NCBI GenBank assembly: GCA_040285855.1
Contig: JAUFOQ010000003.1
Location: forward strand, 434,001 to 498,000
Direction of reading: 5' to 3'
Origin: Eukaryota sp. GEM-RC1
Lineage: Eukaryota
DNA: 64,000 nucleotides
Positions 1 through 11,861 of this stretch are shown in pieces. A program made the position numbers and the translations under genes. Positions within the stretch are counted from its first letter, which is position 1. Every line of letters starts with the position of its first letter. The notes under the pieces are model-generated. The model was not told where the DNA came from and did not search any database. It saw only the letters and a program-made list of their open reading frames with translations.

Positions 1-223
1 GAAGAATGACAGTGGCAAGAAACGTCATCATAGTGAATGATTGTGTCTGTAAGAAGATTTATTTCGCCTTTTAGCCGATCTAAAATAATTAACAAAGTTG
101 AAAAAGCCATTTGAAATGGCCCATTTCTATTATCACTCAAAATTTTCAAATGATTCGAAATGATATTTCGACAAATGCACAACACGTCCCTTCAAATCGA
201 TAATTTTATACATAAAATAAATT

Positions 224-1236
224 CTACAAGGCTTTGGCAGACGAATAAGCATCGTGCCACTCCAATGCATTCTCAATAGTCTGAACCCAATGCTCTCGAT
301 CTGCTACTGAAGCAGCCTGACAAACAAAAGTTCGATCATTTGTTGTCACTTCAAATACAAAAGATCGTCCATACCTTTCCACATCATCTACAACCTTAAC
401 CCCGCCCTTTGGCACAGTAAATACACCTAGCGCAAGAGTTGCCGGACAAAACTCGGTCTTAAAGTATGACATTATAACACCATGCTTTGCTGATATCCGC
501 AACCTAAAGAACCTGTTCTTCCAATTCTTCCTGAAGAGTCCTACCTTACTCAACCAACCATCAGTACGAGGGGGTTTGCCCAGAGCATTCTTACTACCAA
601 TATCATCAGAGAAGGGAGTGAGATGAGAGAGGTGGGGGGCGTGTGGAGTTTCAGGTTCTTCTACTTCTGTTGTGGTAGGTCTATTACTCTGAGATTCTAA
701 GTGGGAGACTTGGTTCTGTAGGGAATCCTTGTCAGTGCTTAGGTTCTCTATGTCAGATTTGAGCTGTTTATTCTCTTCTAAAAGAGATGCGTTCTCAGAC
801 TTGAGATTGTGAACGGTTTCTGAAAGTTCGTCGTTGGACTTACGTTGGTTGTAGAGATCTGATTCAGTTTCTTCCAGTGAAGACTTCAAGACAGGAATCT
901 CTGCAGTTTGAGATGAGAGATTTGAGATCTTTTCTTGTAGATCAGATATTTCACGTTCATATTGGGTACAGTTTTGACAAGGAGAAGGCTCAGGAGGAGG
1001 AGCATTCCGCAGTTCTTCAATGTCAGTTTTAAGTTGAGCGTTTTCGTCAGTAAGAGAGTCATTGAGAGTAGTCACCGCTTGAATCAGAAACAGAATGAGA
1101 GAGACATACAAGCCATGTCAGCCTGTAGTTTTTTGAATTCAGTACGGAGAAACTTCAGTTTAGCCCGATCATCAAGTTTGGGACGAGAAGCATCATCGTT
1201 GATGAGTTCAGATTCGTTTCGTGGAGAGTCAGACAT
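224..1236 (-). CDS. Coiled-coil + C-terminal PH-domain protein, two exons (1236-1110, 1077-224)
   Basis: C-terminus has PH hallmarks (GWLSKVG..KNWKNRFFRL, FEVTT..RTFVCQA.S..DREHWVQTI). ATG at 1236 joins the 224-1111 ORF in frame after removing a 32-nt GTATGT..AG intron (1109-1078). Confidence 0.8.
1078..1109 (-). other. 32-nt spliceosomal intron
   Basis: GTATGTctctctcattctgtttCTGATtcaAG. Removal fuses GCT T|CG GTG ACT and restores one frame from ATG 1236. Confidence 0.75.
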
Positions 1237-1295
1237 CAGCTAATAGCTTATAGATGTCAAATAAGAGAATCAGAGGGAGAGAGAGAAAGATGTCA

Positions 1296-1645
1296 TCATC
1301 TTAACAATCCATGTTCATTTTGCCCTTCGTAAGTCTGGTCTTTTGAACACAATGTTTCTTTCATTGATTCCATGATTGATTTTCAAGCATACCTTTGTGA
1401 CCTCGCTCGCTTGTCTAATGTTCATCGACTAACAGCCCCCGATAGTGGTGCTTTTTGATAATCTCCTTGGAACCAACATTCTTTGTTGGAGCTTGATTCT
1501 TAAATGATAATTCCCTATCACTATCACCGTATTCTTTGAACCCCTATACTTCTCTTTGAACTCATCAATCCTTTTCGCTTCCTTAGGTAATGTGCTGCTT
1601 TAGCTTCATGATTCTTAGATCGTCTGATTGATAACACGATCCCAT
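1296..1645 (-). pseudogene. Decayed Fanzor (TnpB-like) RuvC-II fragment
   Basis: Manual translation across frameshifts: YQSDDLRIMKLKQHIT / LPKEAKRIDEFKEKYRGSKNTVIVIGNY / FKNQAPTKNVGSKEIIKKHHYRGLLVDEH*TS ... EHGLLR*. This is colinear with the Fanzor at 35371-36204. Confidence 0.7.
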
Positions 1646-1804
1646 GTTTAGTGAAAATTCGTTTTCGCCTTATAATAAGCTAAAAACTCAATGCGTTCAA
1701 GTAAGCTTTCAAAAAAACGATTGAGTACTTTGATTTGTGATCTAGATTCACTTTGGTTCAGTTTTTCCTCAAAGTTTTCTCCAATATCAGTTCCACTGTT
1801 TGAT

Positions 1805-2659
1805 TTATGTTGCAAATGCACCCACTGCTCCTAAACTCTCAATTTTACACTCATCAACTCCTCTTAAAATCCTAAAAAACCCATCTTCATTCCCCCAGTC
1901 ATTGCCCCAGCTATTCGCACAGGTCCAGTAGGGAATTCCGTCTTCCTCCCCATATCCAATCAGACGTACACTGTGAAGTCCAACAGGAATTCCTCTAGTT
2001 CTATGATAGATACCAGTTCCATAGTCCATGAAGTCTCTATATACAACAAAAGTTACCTGTAGAACTCCATGTATTACCAGTGCACGTTTCATGTCTTCTT
2101 CCCCAGTATATATACATGTACTGTTTGCTTTGGCTTTGTACATTTTCATTTCTCCTCCTACATCACATTTCTTTGGACATTTAATTAGTCTACCTCCACC
2201 TGATTTGTAGGAAACGCAATCCAACGTTGGTATACCTTTAGATTCTAGTGTAATAAAAACAAAGTAGGGTATCCCACCTCCACAACCCAATGTATAACCA
2301 CAAGAGAGTATAGTTTGAGGAGAGAGAAATGGTACTGATTGGTTGGAGAAGCAGTACATGTCAGTAAGAGTAGTGGCAGCTGTCCAAGCATAGCAACTTC
2401 CACATACACCTTGATTGACAATGTAGTTTCCACAGCCTTGTGATCGGATATCGTATGATGTAGGTAAGTGTACGTTAGAAGGAGTACATGAATGAATGTA
2501 CTTTGTAATGTCGTTGTGGTATGGAAACATTGAGGACAATGATGATGTAGTCAGTTGAGACATTATGTTGGTCTTTGAGGGTGACCACAGCGCTGTTGAC
2601 CAAACCAATGGAGCAAAGACTGTTATGATGAGGCTGTATGTCAGACAAGAGGTGATCAT
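1805..2659 (-). CDS. Cathepsin B-like papain-family (C1A) cysteine protease
   Basis: NQGVCGSCYAW (catalytic Cys), GCGGG, HSVRLIGYG (His), ANSWGNDWG (Asn), GFFRILRGVDECKIE; hydrophobic N-terminus. Confidence 0.92.
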   Translation of the reverse strand: MITSCLTYSLIITVFAPLVWSTALWSPSKTNIMSQLTTSSLSSMFPYHNDITKYIHSCTPSNVHLPTSYDIRSQGCGNYIVNQGVCGSCYAWTAATTLTDMYCFSNQSVPFLSPQTILSCGYTLGCGGGIPYFVFITLESKGIPTLDCVSYKSGGGRLIKCPKKCDVGGEMKMYKAKANSTCIYTGEEDMKRALVIHGVLQVTFVVYRDFMDYGTGIYHRTRGIPVGLHSVRLIGYGEEDGIPYWTCANSWGNDWGNEDGFFRILRGVDECKIESLGAVGAFAT

Positions 2660-2741
2660 GTTGGTGGGGGTTATTAAGAGTTCTGTTTCGGGAAGACTGT
2701 AGACTTTACAGTAGATTTTTTTTCAAAAATATTATTTATTC

Positions 2742-4490
2742 TAAAAGTAATAGACAACAACACTACAGTGTACATACATCTAATAATCAATATCCTCAAA
2801 GTCCATATTGCCTAACTGGAAATTTTCACCTACCTTATCTTCATAATGTCTGCCAAGAAATAATAAAGCGCTAGATACAGAAGTCACCACACCTTTAAAG
2901 ATAGCAAACACAATTCGACTTTTCCAAAATCTAAGATCAAAAGTCCTAGATGTTTTTTCTTTTACAATCTTCACAAAGATTTCAAATAATGATGTTGCAG
3001 ATTCACCTAAAGAACAGAACAGTGAAAATACAAAAGGGTACAACAAGTAATGCGAGTGTGAAACCGAATTCAGTAATTTCAATTTAGCACACTATTTTTC
3101 TTTTTTAAATTTGTCACCAATCAACAGAGGGATTTTAGCATTAGATTTAGCAAGTTTCTTGTTGGAGCCATTGCAAACGATGATAGACATAACATAAGCA
3201 ATTATGAATGATCCATCGAGACCAGGAAATATGACATCACCACGGCTAGTTTCAAACGATTTGTCAACAATTGTGTCATCAGACAAACAAGCCAGAACTG
3301 GTTCTAAAAAGGAAACTATTCCATAAGATTTACACATACAATATAATTGATCCCGTACAGAAGCATGAACCTTACTTCTAAAAGAAATAATACGGATACA
3401 TTTCAATAAATGTGTAGGTGTTACAGATTGCCCACATTGGCATTTTAAATTATGTGGAAGGTTATTAGGCCAAATAAATGAGCGTAAACGCATGCTTAAT
3501 GACCAAGAGTTATCATCAAAAAGAAGACCGTAAACTTGAGGAATGTGAGTAGTCAGACATGACGCAGAGCTATTAGTAAGAAATTTGCAAAAGCGGGATT
3601 TTTCTCATTGATCATGCCAGGTCGAACATTATACTCCAAGCTTTCAAAAATATTTGTGAGTTTCTGTTGTATTTTTTTCAGACAGAACTGAAGATTAGTC
3701 AAAGATCTTTCAGGTATTTCAGACACAGATTCTGGGAAACACTGAGACCAAACGTCAAAAGGTAATTTGATTAACGCTTCGTTTAAGTCATATAAATATT
3801 TACATGAATTGGGGTTAATAAGGGAAATATCATTAGGAAATCGATTAACAAATTCAAAGATGAAATTTTTTCCACCGCCTAAAAAAAGCAGATTTGCAAA
3901 GAATTGATGATTTGGTAAAACCAATACCACCAAAATGAGCAGAAGTAAACAAATGACTTCTAAGTAACGTTGAATCAACTTCTAACAATGAAGCGAAAAA
4001 ATTAATCCTCAACTCGTTAAAAGATCTACAAAAGTTCAGAGCGATTGAAGGAGCAGTAGATCTCAAAAGATGTGTGATTTTTCCGGAGTAGCAAATTTTT
4101 AAAATAAAAAACTTGATATGTTTTTCAATATCATATGAAGAAATTGTGTTGAGTTCTGAACCAATTTTGTCCACACAATTAGATAGTTCTTGAGAAATTT
4201 TAGGAACATTCCCAAGCCAACATCCTAGAAAACGAAAAGCGTCTTCAACATAATTGATAAATGGAATCTGAACCCCATTAATAAATAATTCTTGTGCAGA
4301 TCTACCAATTAATAAACATTTGTCTGGGTTCAGAGATAAACCCAATGTTTCATAAATATCAGCCACTTCCACCGCGACTTTTTTTTAACAATTCAAGGGG
4401 ACCAATAATAGAAATATCATCCATATAGCCAACTATCTTAAGGTCTGGGTATTTTTTTAAAATACACAAAAGCGAATCATGAATAGCAGT
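2742..4490 (-). mobile_element. 5'-truncated, frameshifted CRE-like non-LTR retrotransposon (RT, zinc knuckle, restriction-like endonuclease)
   Basis: GYMDD at 4430-4416, GLSLNPDKC, FRFLGCWLG, HFGGIGF, CQCG..THLLKC, H.SVRDQL, EP.L, RGD, PFVFSLFCSLG. Confidence 0.85.
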
Positions 4491-5503
4491 AGATAAACGG
4501 ACAAATTTTGTAAAATATTGAAAATTCAATCCAGCTTCTTTAATTTCATAGAAGTTTCACTCAATATGAAAGTGACCAGTTGCCCGATCCACCGTTAAAA
4601 CGGATCTACACGGATCTCTTTTGTATGATGTACATGCCCAACTTCTTTAAAGATCTTAAAACTGTCGTGTGTTTGTGTCGGAGTTTGTACTTGCTCCAAG
4701 CAAAATCCATGTTTAGATTGTTGTCTGCTTTTCATTATCTGGTCTGTTTAGTTTCACATGTTTCGTTTAATCCTCATCAAGCTTCTTGCAAAACATCTCA
4801 TCACATCCACATAGTCTGTCCACATGCCAACTGTAAGGCATCTAAACTAAAGTGTTGTTTGTTTTTAAAACAAATTGTGAAGTACAAAAACTAATGACCG
4901 TCACTTGAGACAGAGTTGTGTACTCAAGACAATGTCACTGTCAAAATGCAAAGGTGTAGATGGATAAGGATGTTGTGTTATAGGAGCTGAGATATTGGTT
5001 GATTCACTTATATTTAATAGTGTTTATACTTTTGTTAATCAGTTAGAGTAGAATAAAGGTGCTCAATTGACAATATACAGATAGACAGGGTGAGAGAATC
5101 TCGAGAAAAAAAGTGGCCGGATGAAACATAAGCAAATGTCACAGAGGGCGTGATATGGCAAAGTCTGGGGTTCCAAAGGGATCTACATCAGTGAAATCCA
5201 GGGAGAGGTCAAGACAAGACTTCATCTCGAAGGGGCCCAAAATAGAATCAGATTTGGAGGTTTGTTTGGAGGCTTTAAGAACTTGAGAGGAGATCAGTAG
5301 TGGAGGCATTGACTATTGAATTGCTGAAGACGAGTTCCTGAAGACTCGTGAAGATGGTTCTATGGTGGAAGAAATGTATGTGCATTCTATTGGTCCTTCT
5401 ACTTGCAAAAGTAGAGTTACTCCCAGCAGTAATACAAATCTGCTCTTGTAGACTCTACTCATTGCACACGGCTGCCCTCAAAGTTATTTGACATACTCCA
5501 TTC

Positions 5504-6903
5504 ATGTCCACTCTCTTGGACTATATTACATCTCTTTCTCATCCGCATCAGCTGGTGTTCTTTCAACACCCATATACTATTTTTGCGATTGTTAAATCTA
5601 TACCATCACTACATAAATCATTTCTTTATCGTTTTCTGTGGTTAAACAAACCCGTACCCAGCAGCTCCACCACTCACTGGATTCACCCACAATCTCTGCA
5701 CAAAAGCGTTCTTCTCACTCTAACTTCACTTCACCTACTTCTTTCCCAACCTAATGGCTACGTACTCAATCCCCCCATTGCCAATGCTCTTCGATCCATT
5801 GTTCTTTCTCCCTCGATCTTTCATCTTCATGCTCAAGCTTTTCCTGAAACAGACGTTCTGCTGATTCACAGTAAGTCTAGATTTGACGTTGTTACTAAGA
5901 TCTTAACTGGCTCAAAACTCACGTCAACTCCAAGGAAACGATCAAGAACTGCCAAGAAGTCAATAGAAGTCCACCAGAAGTTAGATCCCGCTACCATCGA
6001 GTCCACTATTGCTTCTCTCTGCCACTCATCTGGCCTTACTGCCACCCTTCCAACTGCCACTGAGTCAGCTACAATCAGTGGGAAAGGGTTCACCTTCCTC
6101 TTAACTCCGAAAAGAGATCAGTTGTGGAGTTTGATTATTGCTTCGTTGTCAGGTTATGATGACGTGTCACTGAAGTCAATGTTGCTTGGTTTTGTGTGTA
6201 AACTCGCTTCTTTAGGCTTGGGAAGATCGATTCCTTTGGTTAAATTAGCCAAGGATGAAGATTTTGATGAATATTTTTAAATTTTTGTTATTTGCTTGAT
6301 GCTCTGGGACTGGTCTTTATCTCAGAAACTCCGACTCTAACACTGACTACCACTCATTTGTGTGAGCTTCTTCTGAGCTCTACCAGTCATGAAACTTGCT
6401 TATTTGGGCAAACAGAAGTTGCTGATTACGTGACAGTCGAATCAAACTACAAGGTGTTTGTCCATTCATCAGACCCACTTCTACTATCAATTCTAGAACT
6501 CTTCCTTCACATTCATTTCATTTTACCTGACCTAGTTGCCTGTTCACTCACTCGTGAATCGGTATCACGTGCGTTTTTGAGCGGGATTTCTTCAGAAGTT
6601 ATTATAAACTTTTTGAAACTTCATGCTCATCCAGTTACAGGTAAAAGAAAAGATTCAGTTCCAATGAATGTCATTGAACATATCCAGTTATGGGAGTCGG
6701 AAATGCATCGAGTAGAGGTCAGTGATTGCGTGTTTTTCTCAGAGGTCAGCGGTGTTTCTATTAGTGGAAATGATATTTTTGATGAAGCTGTAGCTAAAAG
6801 TAAGGAGTTGAATGGGTTACTTTGGAAGAACGAGGAGGAGCGATCTTTAATTGTAAAGAAAGAAATAGCTGGTGTTATTCAGTCGGAAGTATTTTTGATT
6901 TAA
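5504..6903 (+). CDS. TFB2: TFIIH p52/Tfb2 subunit (one apparent frameshift near 6275)
   Basis: ISGKGFTFLL, VESNYKVF, LTRESVSRAFLSGISSEVIINFLKLHAHP, VPMNVIEHIQLWESEMHRV. The two ORFs join if one T is added to the T-run near 6275. Confidence 0.88.
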
Positions 6904-7029
6904 ATCACCAAGAGCTGCGGTTTAATTAGACTAAGGTTCTATGTCTTCAAGTTTTAGATTGAACTGACACATTCATGGCATTCACTCTTACCGTCAATAA
7001 AAATTTATTCTCCCCTACTTTCAAGTTTT

Positions 7030-7330
7030 TTTTGTGTTTCAACCTTTTGCTATGTCGATATACGGTAATATTGGACCAGCTGCACAAGGTTTTTTAACTT
7101 CCTTTGGTAAATTGTGTTCTGAGTATGGTAAAGTTTTCAATGAAAATTTTTGGTTGAGTAGGTTAACGTTTGCGTTGTTTCGTTCAATGCACAGATATTT
7201 TAATTCAATTTTAGGTAAGTTCTTCGGTGATGGACAGAAGGATCATAGTTTAGATACTTTAGTTAGTGTCTGTTAGTTATTAACTTCTGCAAATGCATTT
7301 ATTTCACTGATTGATCATAAACCCCGTTTT
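7030..7330 (+). mobile_element. 3' fragment of CRE-like non-LTR element (ORF end + 3' UTR)
   Basis: FQPFAMSIYGNIG..FWLSRLTFALFRSM matches the other copies; ~7229-7330 recurs at ~54678-54780. Confidence 0.75.
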
Positions 7331-7770
7331 TTTTACTTTCAAGATATTCTACTGTAGAATTTCTACACAACTACTTTATTCTTTTGATAAACCTCAAAAC
7401 AGATGGTTTAAGTTTTCAGTATGCTATTATAAACAAAATACCTATTATTAAACTATTTTTGAATTGTGCTGGGATTTTACGGTTGCATGGTTTTCTTCAT
7501 TTCAGTTGTTTGTTTTCGAAAAACAGTTATAATTTGAAAAGTTCCTTCAATGATTACTCAAAGAATATTTATAAAGTGATGAATAATAGTTCAAAGCAAC
7601 TACTAACGAACTAAAAAATGTGAAACATCGAACATTCAATTACAGAGAAATTAAAACAAATCATTCTGGTTCGGTTATTGACCTAAAACCAACAAAATAA
7701 TTAAAAATATACGCAACTCTCATGCTTTCCCCTCTTCAATTTCAATCATGAAACAACTACAACTAAAAAC

Positions 7771-8373
7771 TCAAACAGGACTTTCTTCAGCTAATGCCCT
7801 CTCAATCTCTCTTTCTAAGTCTGCGTCAACCTCAGGGTCACTATTCATCTCAGTCAAAGAGTCCAACCCCAGCGCTGTCTCTAGCTCCTCCAGCATGCTG
7901 TCTTGGCTTTCTTGAGAGTCAGAGGGCATTGACTTGGAGGAAGAAACTGGGATTGATTTTAACACATCGTCACGAATATCATAAATCTTGAACAAAATAC
8001 GTTTCCAAAAGACTTCTTCAGAAATCTTTGAAGGGACAAACCACAATCTGAGGTTTCGGAGGGCTGGAATATGTTCCAAAAGAGCTATTAGAAGTGGTGC
8101 ATTTGAACCAACATCTATCTTACAAGATTCTTCTAGTGAATGGGGAATCTTGGCAGTGTCAAGGTCCTGTGCAAGAAGTATGACCCTTTCTTCAATTTGT
8201 GACGATATCTCAGGGTCTGGATGCTCCCATGGCATAACAGGAGAGATTTTGGTCTCACTCGAAGGAGTAACGGCAGTGGAAGTAGTGGAACGAAAGTGTT
8301 GGGTTTTTTCCGAAACATAGGTAGTTATAGGTTTCAGTCGGTGAGAGAATTGATTCAGAAAGTTTGGAAGCAT
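7771..8373 (-). CDS. BSD-domain protein
   Basis: PALRNLRLWFVPSKISEEVFWKRILFKI is the BSD signature; acidic C-terminal tail. Confidence 0.8.
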   Translation of the reverse strand: MLPNFLNQFSHRLKPITTYVSEKTQHFRSTTSTAVTPSSETKISPVMPWEHPDPEISSQIEERVILLAQDLDTAKIPHSLEESCKIDVGSNAPLLIALLEHIPALRNLRLWFVPSKISEEVFWKRILFKIYDIRDDVLKSIPVSSSKSMPSDSQESQDSMLEELETALGLDSLTEMNSDPEVDADLEREIERALAEESPV

Positions 8374-8472
8374 GTGTTAGTAGATAGCAAACCCGACAAA
8401 GAAGACAAAAGGATTCTTTTCAAAGTTTCAACATTCCTAACGCCAATACTCACTGATTGTTCTTGTCTGTAT

Positions 8473-9651
8473 ATGTCACTATCAGATGCTGCTCATACTT
8501 TAACCACACTATATGTCGATGGTTTACGGAAACTACAAAATTTTGCTGATGAACGAGGTCTCGATATTACTCTCAACTTTGCAGTACCTCCATATCCCAA
8601 GAAGCTAGCTGAACTACTTGGAGAATTTGAACCACATAGTTCTAATGAATCTAATGATCTTCTGTCGCTTCACTCTGACATTGAAGAACCTACCACTGAA
8701 CCTTCTTCTGATATGATAGAGAGTAAATTAACTTCTGAGCACAATACTGATGAATCTAGTCCCAGATCAGTATCAGAATCTGTTAGCTCATCCATATGTT
8801 CTCCTTCTCCTACTTCTCCTCCTCAACGTCATCTTAGCTTCTCTCCTCAGACATCTCCTATTTGTGACAATTTTCCACCTCCACAGCCTGAAACCCCCAT
8901 CAATCCTCAACCTAGACCCCTTCCTACTCCCAAGTCTATCCTACCAACAGCTGTTACACTAGCTTCTCCACGCAAAGCTCTGAGCTCCAGTCGTCTTCCG
9001 AATCCTTCAAAACCCAAGAGGATTCGAGTCGCAGCATTGGAGCAAGCTAGTAAGGTTGCAGAACAAGAAGCAAAAAGAAAGGCAGAACAAGAAGCAAGAA
9101 AGCTTCGGATGAAGGAAAGGGAACGTGTTCATCTTAATCAAAAAACAACCAATCCAGCAACTCCACGTGATCCAAGTCGGCTAGCAATGAGCTCTAAAGC
9201 AGTTAAAAAGCCAATCAAGAAGGTTCGTCCGGTACGTCCCTTTGTGCCTACCACACAGGACAAATTTACCGCTGTTACAGAGACTAACTCAAACGCTGGA
9301 TTCCAAATAGAACCTGAAAAGAAGAAACACTATAACAGTTTGCTGAATAAAATGAGGGAAGAACGTGATAAATCACAATTATCTAAAGAACCAGAATCGT
9401 CACAGTCAAAACCTTCCTCTTTAAACTATAATGATTCACAGAAGATTCCAGGGTGGGCAATTGATCCTGAGCTGCGGAATCTCCTTTTATTGCAGTGTGA
9501 GGTTGATGCTACGGGTGTTTTTGGTTCGTTTGAATCTCCTGATATGCATGATTTCTTCGGGGAGAACCTTCATGTTTCTCCAAGTAGGTTGTCAAAAACT
9601 TTGTCTCATATGGTTGTGCAGTCATCGCCATTGTTGACTAGGAAAAGGTAG
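8473..9651 (+). CDS. INCENP-like protein (C-terminal IN-box/Aurora-binding motif)
   Basis: S/P-rich region, charged helix (EQEAKRKAEQEARK), then KIPGWAIDPELRNLLLLQCEVDATGVFG..PDMHDFF resembling the IN-box. Start placed at Met 8473 to avoid overlap with the BSD gene. Confidence 0.65.
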   Translation: MSLSDAAHTLTTLYVDGLRKLQNFADERGLDITLNFAVPPYPKKLAELLGEFEPHSSNESNDLLSLHSDIEEPTTEPSSDMIESKLTSEHNTDESSPRSVSESVSSSICSPSPTSPPQRHLSFSPQTSPICDNFPPPQPETPINPQPRPLPTPKSILPTAVTLASPRKALSSSRLPNPSKPKRIRVAALEQASKVAEQEAKRKAEQEARKLRMKERERVHLNQKTTNPATPRDPSRLAMSSKAVKKPIKKVRPVRPFVPTTQDKFTAVTETNSNAGFQIEPEKKKHYNSLLNKMREERDKSQLSKEPESSQSKPSSLNYNDSQKIPGWAIDPELRNLLLLQCEVDATGVFGSFESPDMHDFFGENLHVSPSRLSKTLSHMVVQSSPLLTRKR

Positions 9652-10029
9652 TGTTACAGTGAAGATGTATGTGATGATTAACCAAATATGGCAGTGTATG
9701 ATAATGGTGTATTTAAATTTATTTTGTAATTATATCGCTGCTAATATGAGCTGTATTGAGGTCAGCAGTTTGAATTTCTATAAATTGGATTTACTTGTTT
9801 TTGATGAGTGAAGCAACAAGTGAGCCTCACATATATATTCCTGGTGTTCTGATTGAAGTTTATTGCCCAGTATACGAGCAGTAGCTAGCTGTATTATAAA
9901 TTTGTTTGTTCATTCCACCATAACACAACATTTATTTGAAGTTATGGTCTAATAAATTTAGATTTAAGTTTCTGGACAATTTGACATCATTAAACAACAA
10001 TTTCAAATACTGCTGCGTCTTTTTTAGTG

Positions 10030-10790
10030 ATTCGCTATCCTCAACGCTTTAATTTTAATTGGAAGGATCAAGAATGGTTCATTAATATGCGTTTGAGATT
10101 GGGACTCTGGTCTAATGGCTTACATCAACAGTCTAAGTAGTGCTTCAAAGCCTACTTCATTTCATCACATTGTTAATTGCCCTAAATTTATTCATATCAG
10201 ATCTGTTCTTCACACCAGTATTCGCGATCATCGTCTTTTTTTATTCGAATCAAACGGATGTCATGGCAAAATTGAACCTCTTTTGTCCGCATTTTCTGAT
10301 TGTTTCATTCGAGATAAGAATCGTGGTGATTTAATTGGTCCATGGTTAAATTGTAAAGAAGTTGGTGTGGAGTTCGCCACTGTTGATCCATGTAATGCTG
10401 CTGCCAGTAGTAAAATACTGGATGATCAATTTTCACATTTGCATAATGCTGAAGATAAAAAATGTCTTCGTTATTGTGATTATATTTCTAACTTGAATTC
10501 ACAAAGACATAATGCTTTGGTGTTTCAACCATTCGGTCTTTCAATTTCTGGGAATTTGGGTTCTGCAGCTCAAACGTTTTTGTCATCTTTTCATCAATTG
10601 TGTTGCAAATTTGGCAAGAAGTTTAGCATTAGTTTTTGGAGGGACCGTCTTGTTTTTTCTATATTTCGTTCAATGTTTCAGTATTTCGACGGAATGTTGA
10701 AGAAACTCTTTGGGGTTCAAGACCATGTCATGGAATAGTATTGTTGATTTTGTTTACGTCTGTGGATTTTTTGTACCTTTAAGAGATAAC
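10030..10790 (+). mobile_element. CRE-like non-LTR retrotransposon 3' part (zinc knuckle + RLE), degenerate
   Basis: MRLRLG, FHHIVNC, LHTSIRD, IEPLL, RGDL, AEDKKCLRY, FQPFGLSISG, FWRDRLVFSIFRSM. Confidence 0.82.
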
Positions 10791-11042
10791 AGATTTATTT
10801 TAAACAACACCCACCACCATCGATCTTTTCACAGCTGAAGCATCAAAAAAAGAACTCACTGCTAGTAAAGCTTTGGAGACGATGAGGGGAATAGTAAAAT
10901 AGATGAGCTTTACCAATATTTCCCAGACAGTCAAATATCGACAAACTGCCATTTCTCTAATACATCCAACTCTATTCGATACCCAAAAGGTAAGCTCCCT
11001 AAACAATTGTGAATGTTATAAAAACAAATCTAGAACACTAAA

Positions 11043-11117
11043 ACAAAATCCACTTCATCCATATCCTCGACATATGGATGAAGTGGATTTTGTCTACACA
11101 AGATATTATCTTGTGTA
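11043..11117. repeat. Two adjacent perfect inverted repeats
   Basis: acaaaatccacttcatccatat-7 nt-atatggatgaagtggattttgt (22-bp arms, 11043-11093); tacacaagata-t-tatcttgtgta (11-bp arms, 11095-11117). Confidence 0.9.
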
Positions 11118-11119
11118 AT

Positions 11120-11225
11120 AGAACTAATCACGTAAAACTTGTACAGTTTCTCAGTTAAACGAGAGAACTGGAAAGGCATATATGATAAACGGAAAACAAA
11201 GTAAGAGTATTCCATTCATAGATGT
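11120..11225 (-). mobile_element. Short 3' remnant of CRE-like element
   Basis: YMPFQFSRLTEKLYKF matches NMPFYFSRLIEKLYKF at ~22210-22260. Confidence 0.65.
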
Positions 11226-11861
11226 TTTCCTTTGTGGTAAAATGAATGAAGAGAATACCAGTAGTTTAGGACCTAAACTTTAGGCTGAAGAACTGCTACC
11301 CGAAAATATATATTTTGTATTTATCCCAACAATTTTTATTGAAGTATGTTTAACTATTGTTAAGAGTAAAATCATGTATAGTTCACAATCATTCTGGCAA
11401 CAACATCAACAATCCGTGGAATGCCTACGATATTGAACTGCAAAAATGAATGACACTGTACTGAAAGGCGAAGAAGCTGAAAGGAATCAAACATTTCCGA
11501 ACTGTATTTAACTGATTAAAGCACAATCATAATCCATCATTTTTATGTGCAAAATTTCAATTTCACATGTGCTACAGTATTTATCAATGGAAAGCTTCAA
11601 CTATTTTCGGGTCTCATAAACTGATATCACAATATTTGACATGTATACATACTGTACTAGAACCAATTGTTGAGAATTCACCACCATTGCCTGCAAATGT
11701 TTAAATATTGTTTGACAGTCGTTTTAATTATACGGTATCGACCACTACAACTGCGTCTTTGAAGGCATGAAAGTATTCAAATTGAAGGAGATTTTGGTCA
11801 TAACAAAAACAGAGTTAAACGAATGTACAATTTAGATCACAAAAAAGCTACACGTAACACA

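Noticed and set aside
8221..8472. N-terminal extension of the 476-aa ORF
   Set aside because: It overlaps the BSD gene antisense; Met 8473 is the more plausible start.
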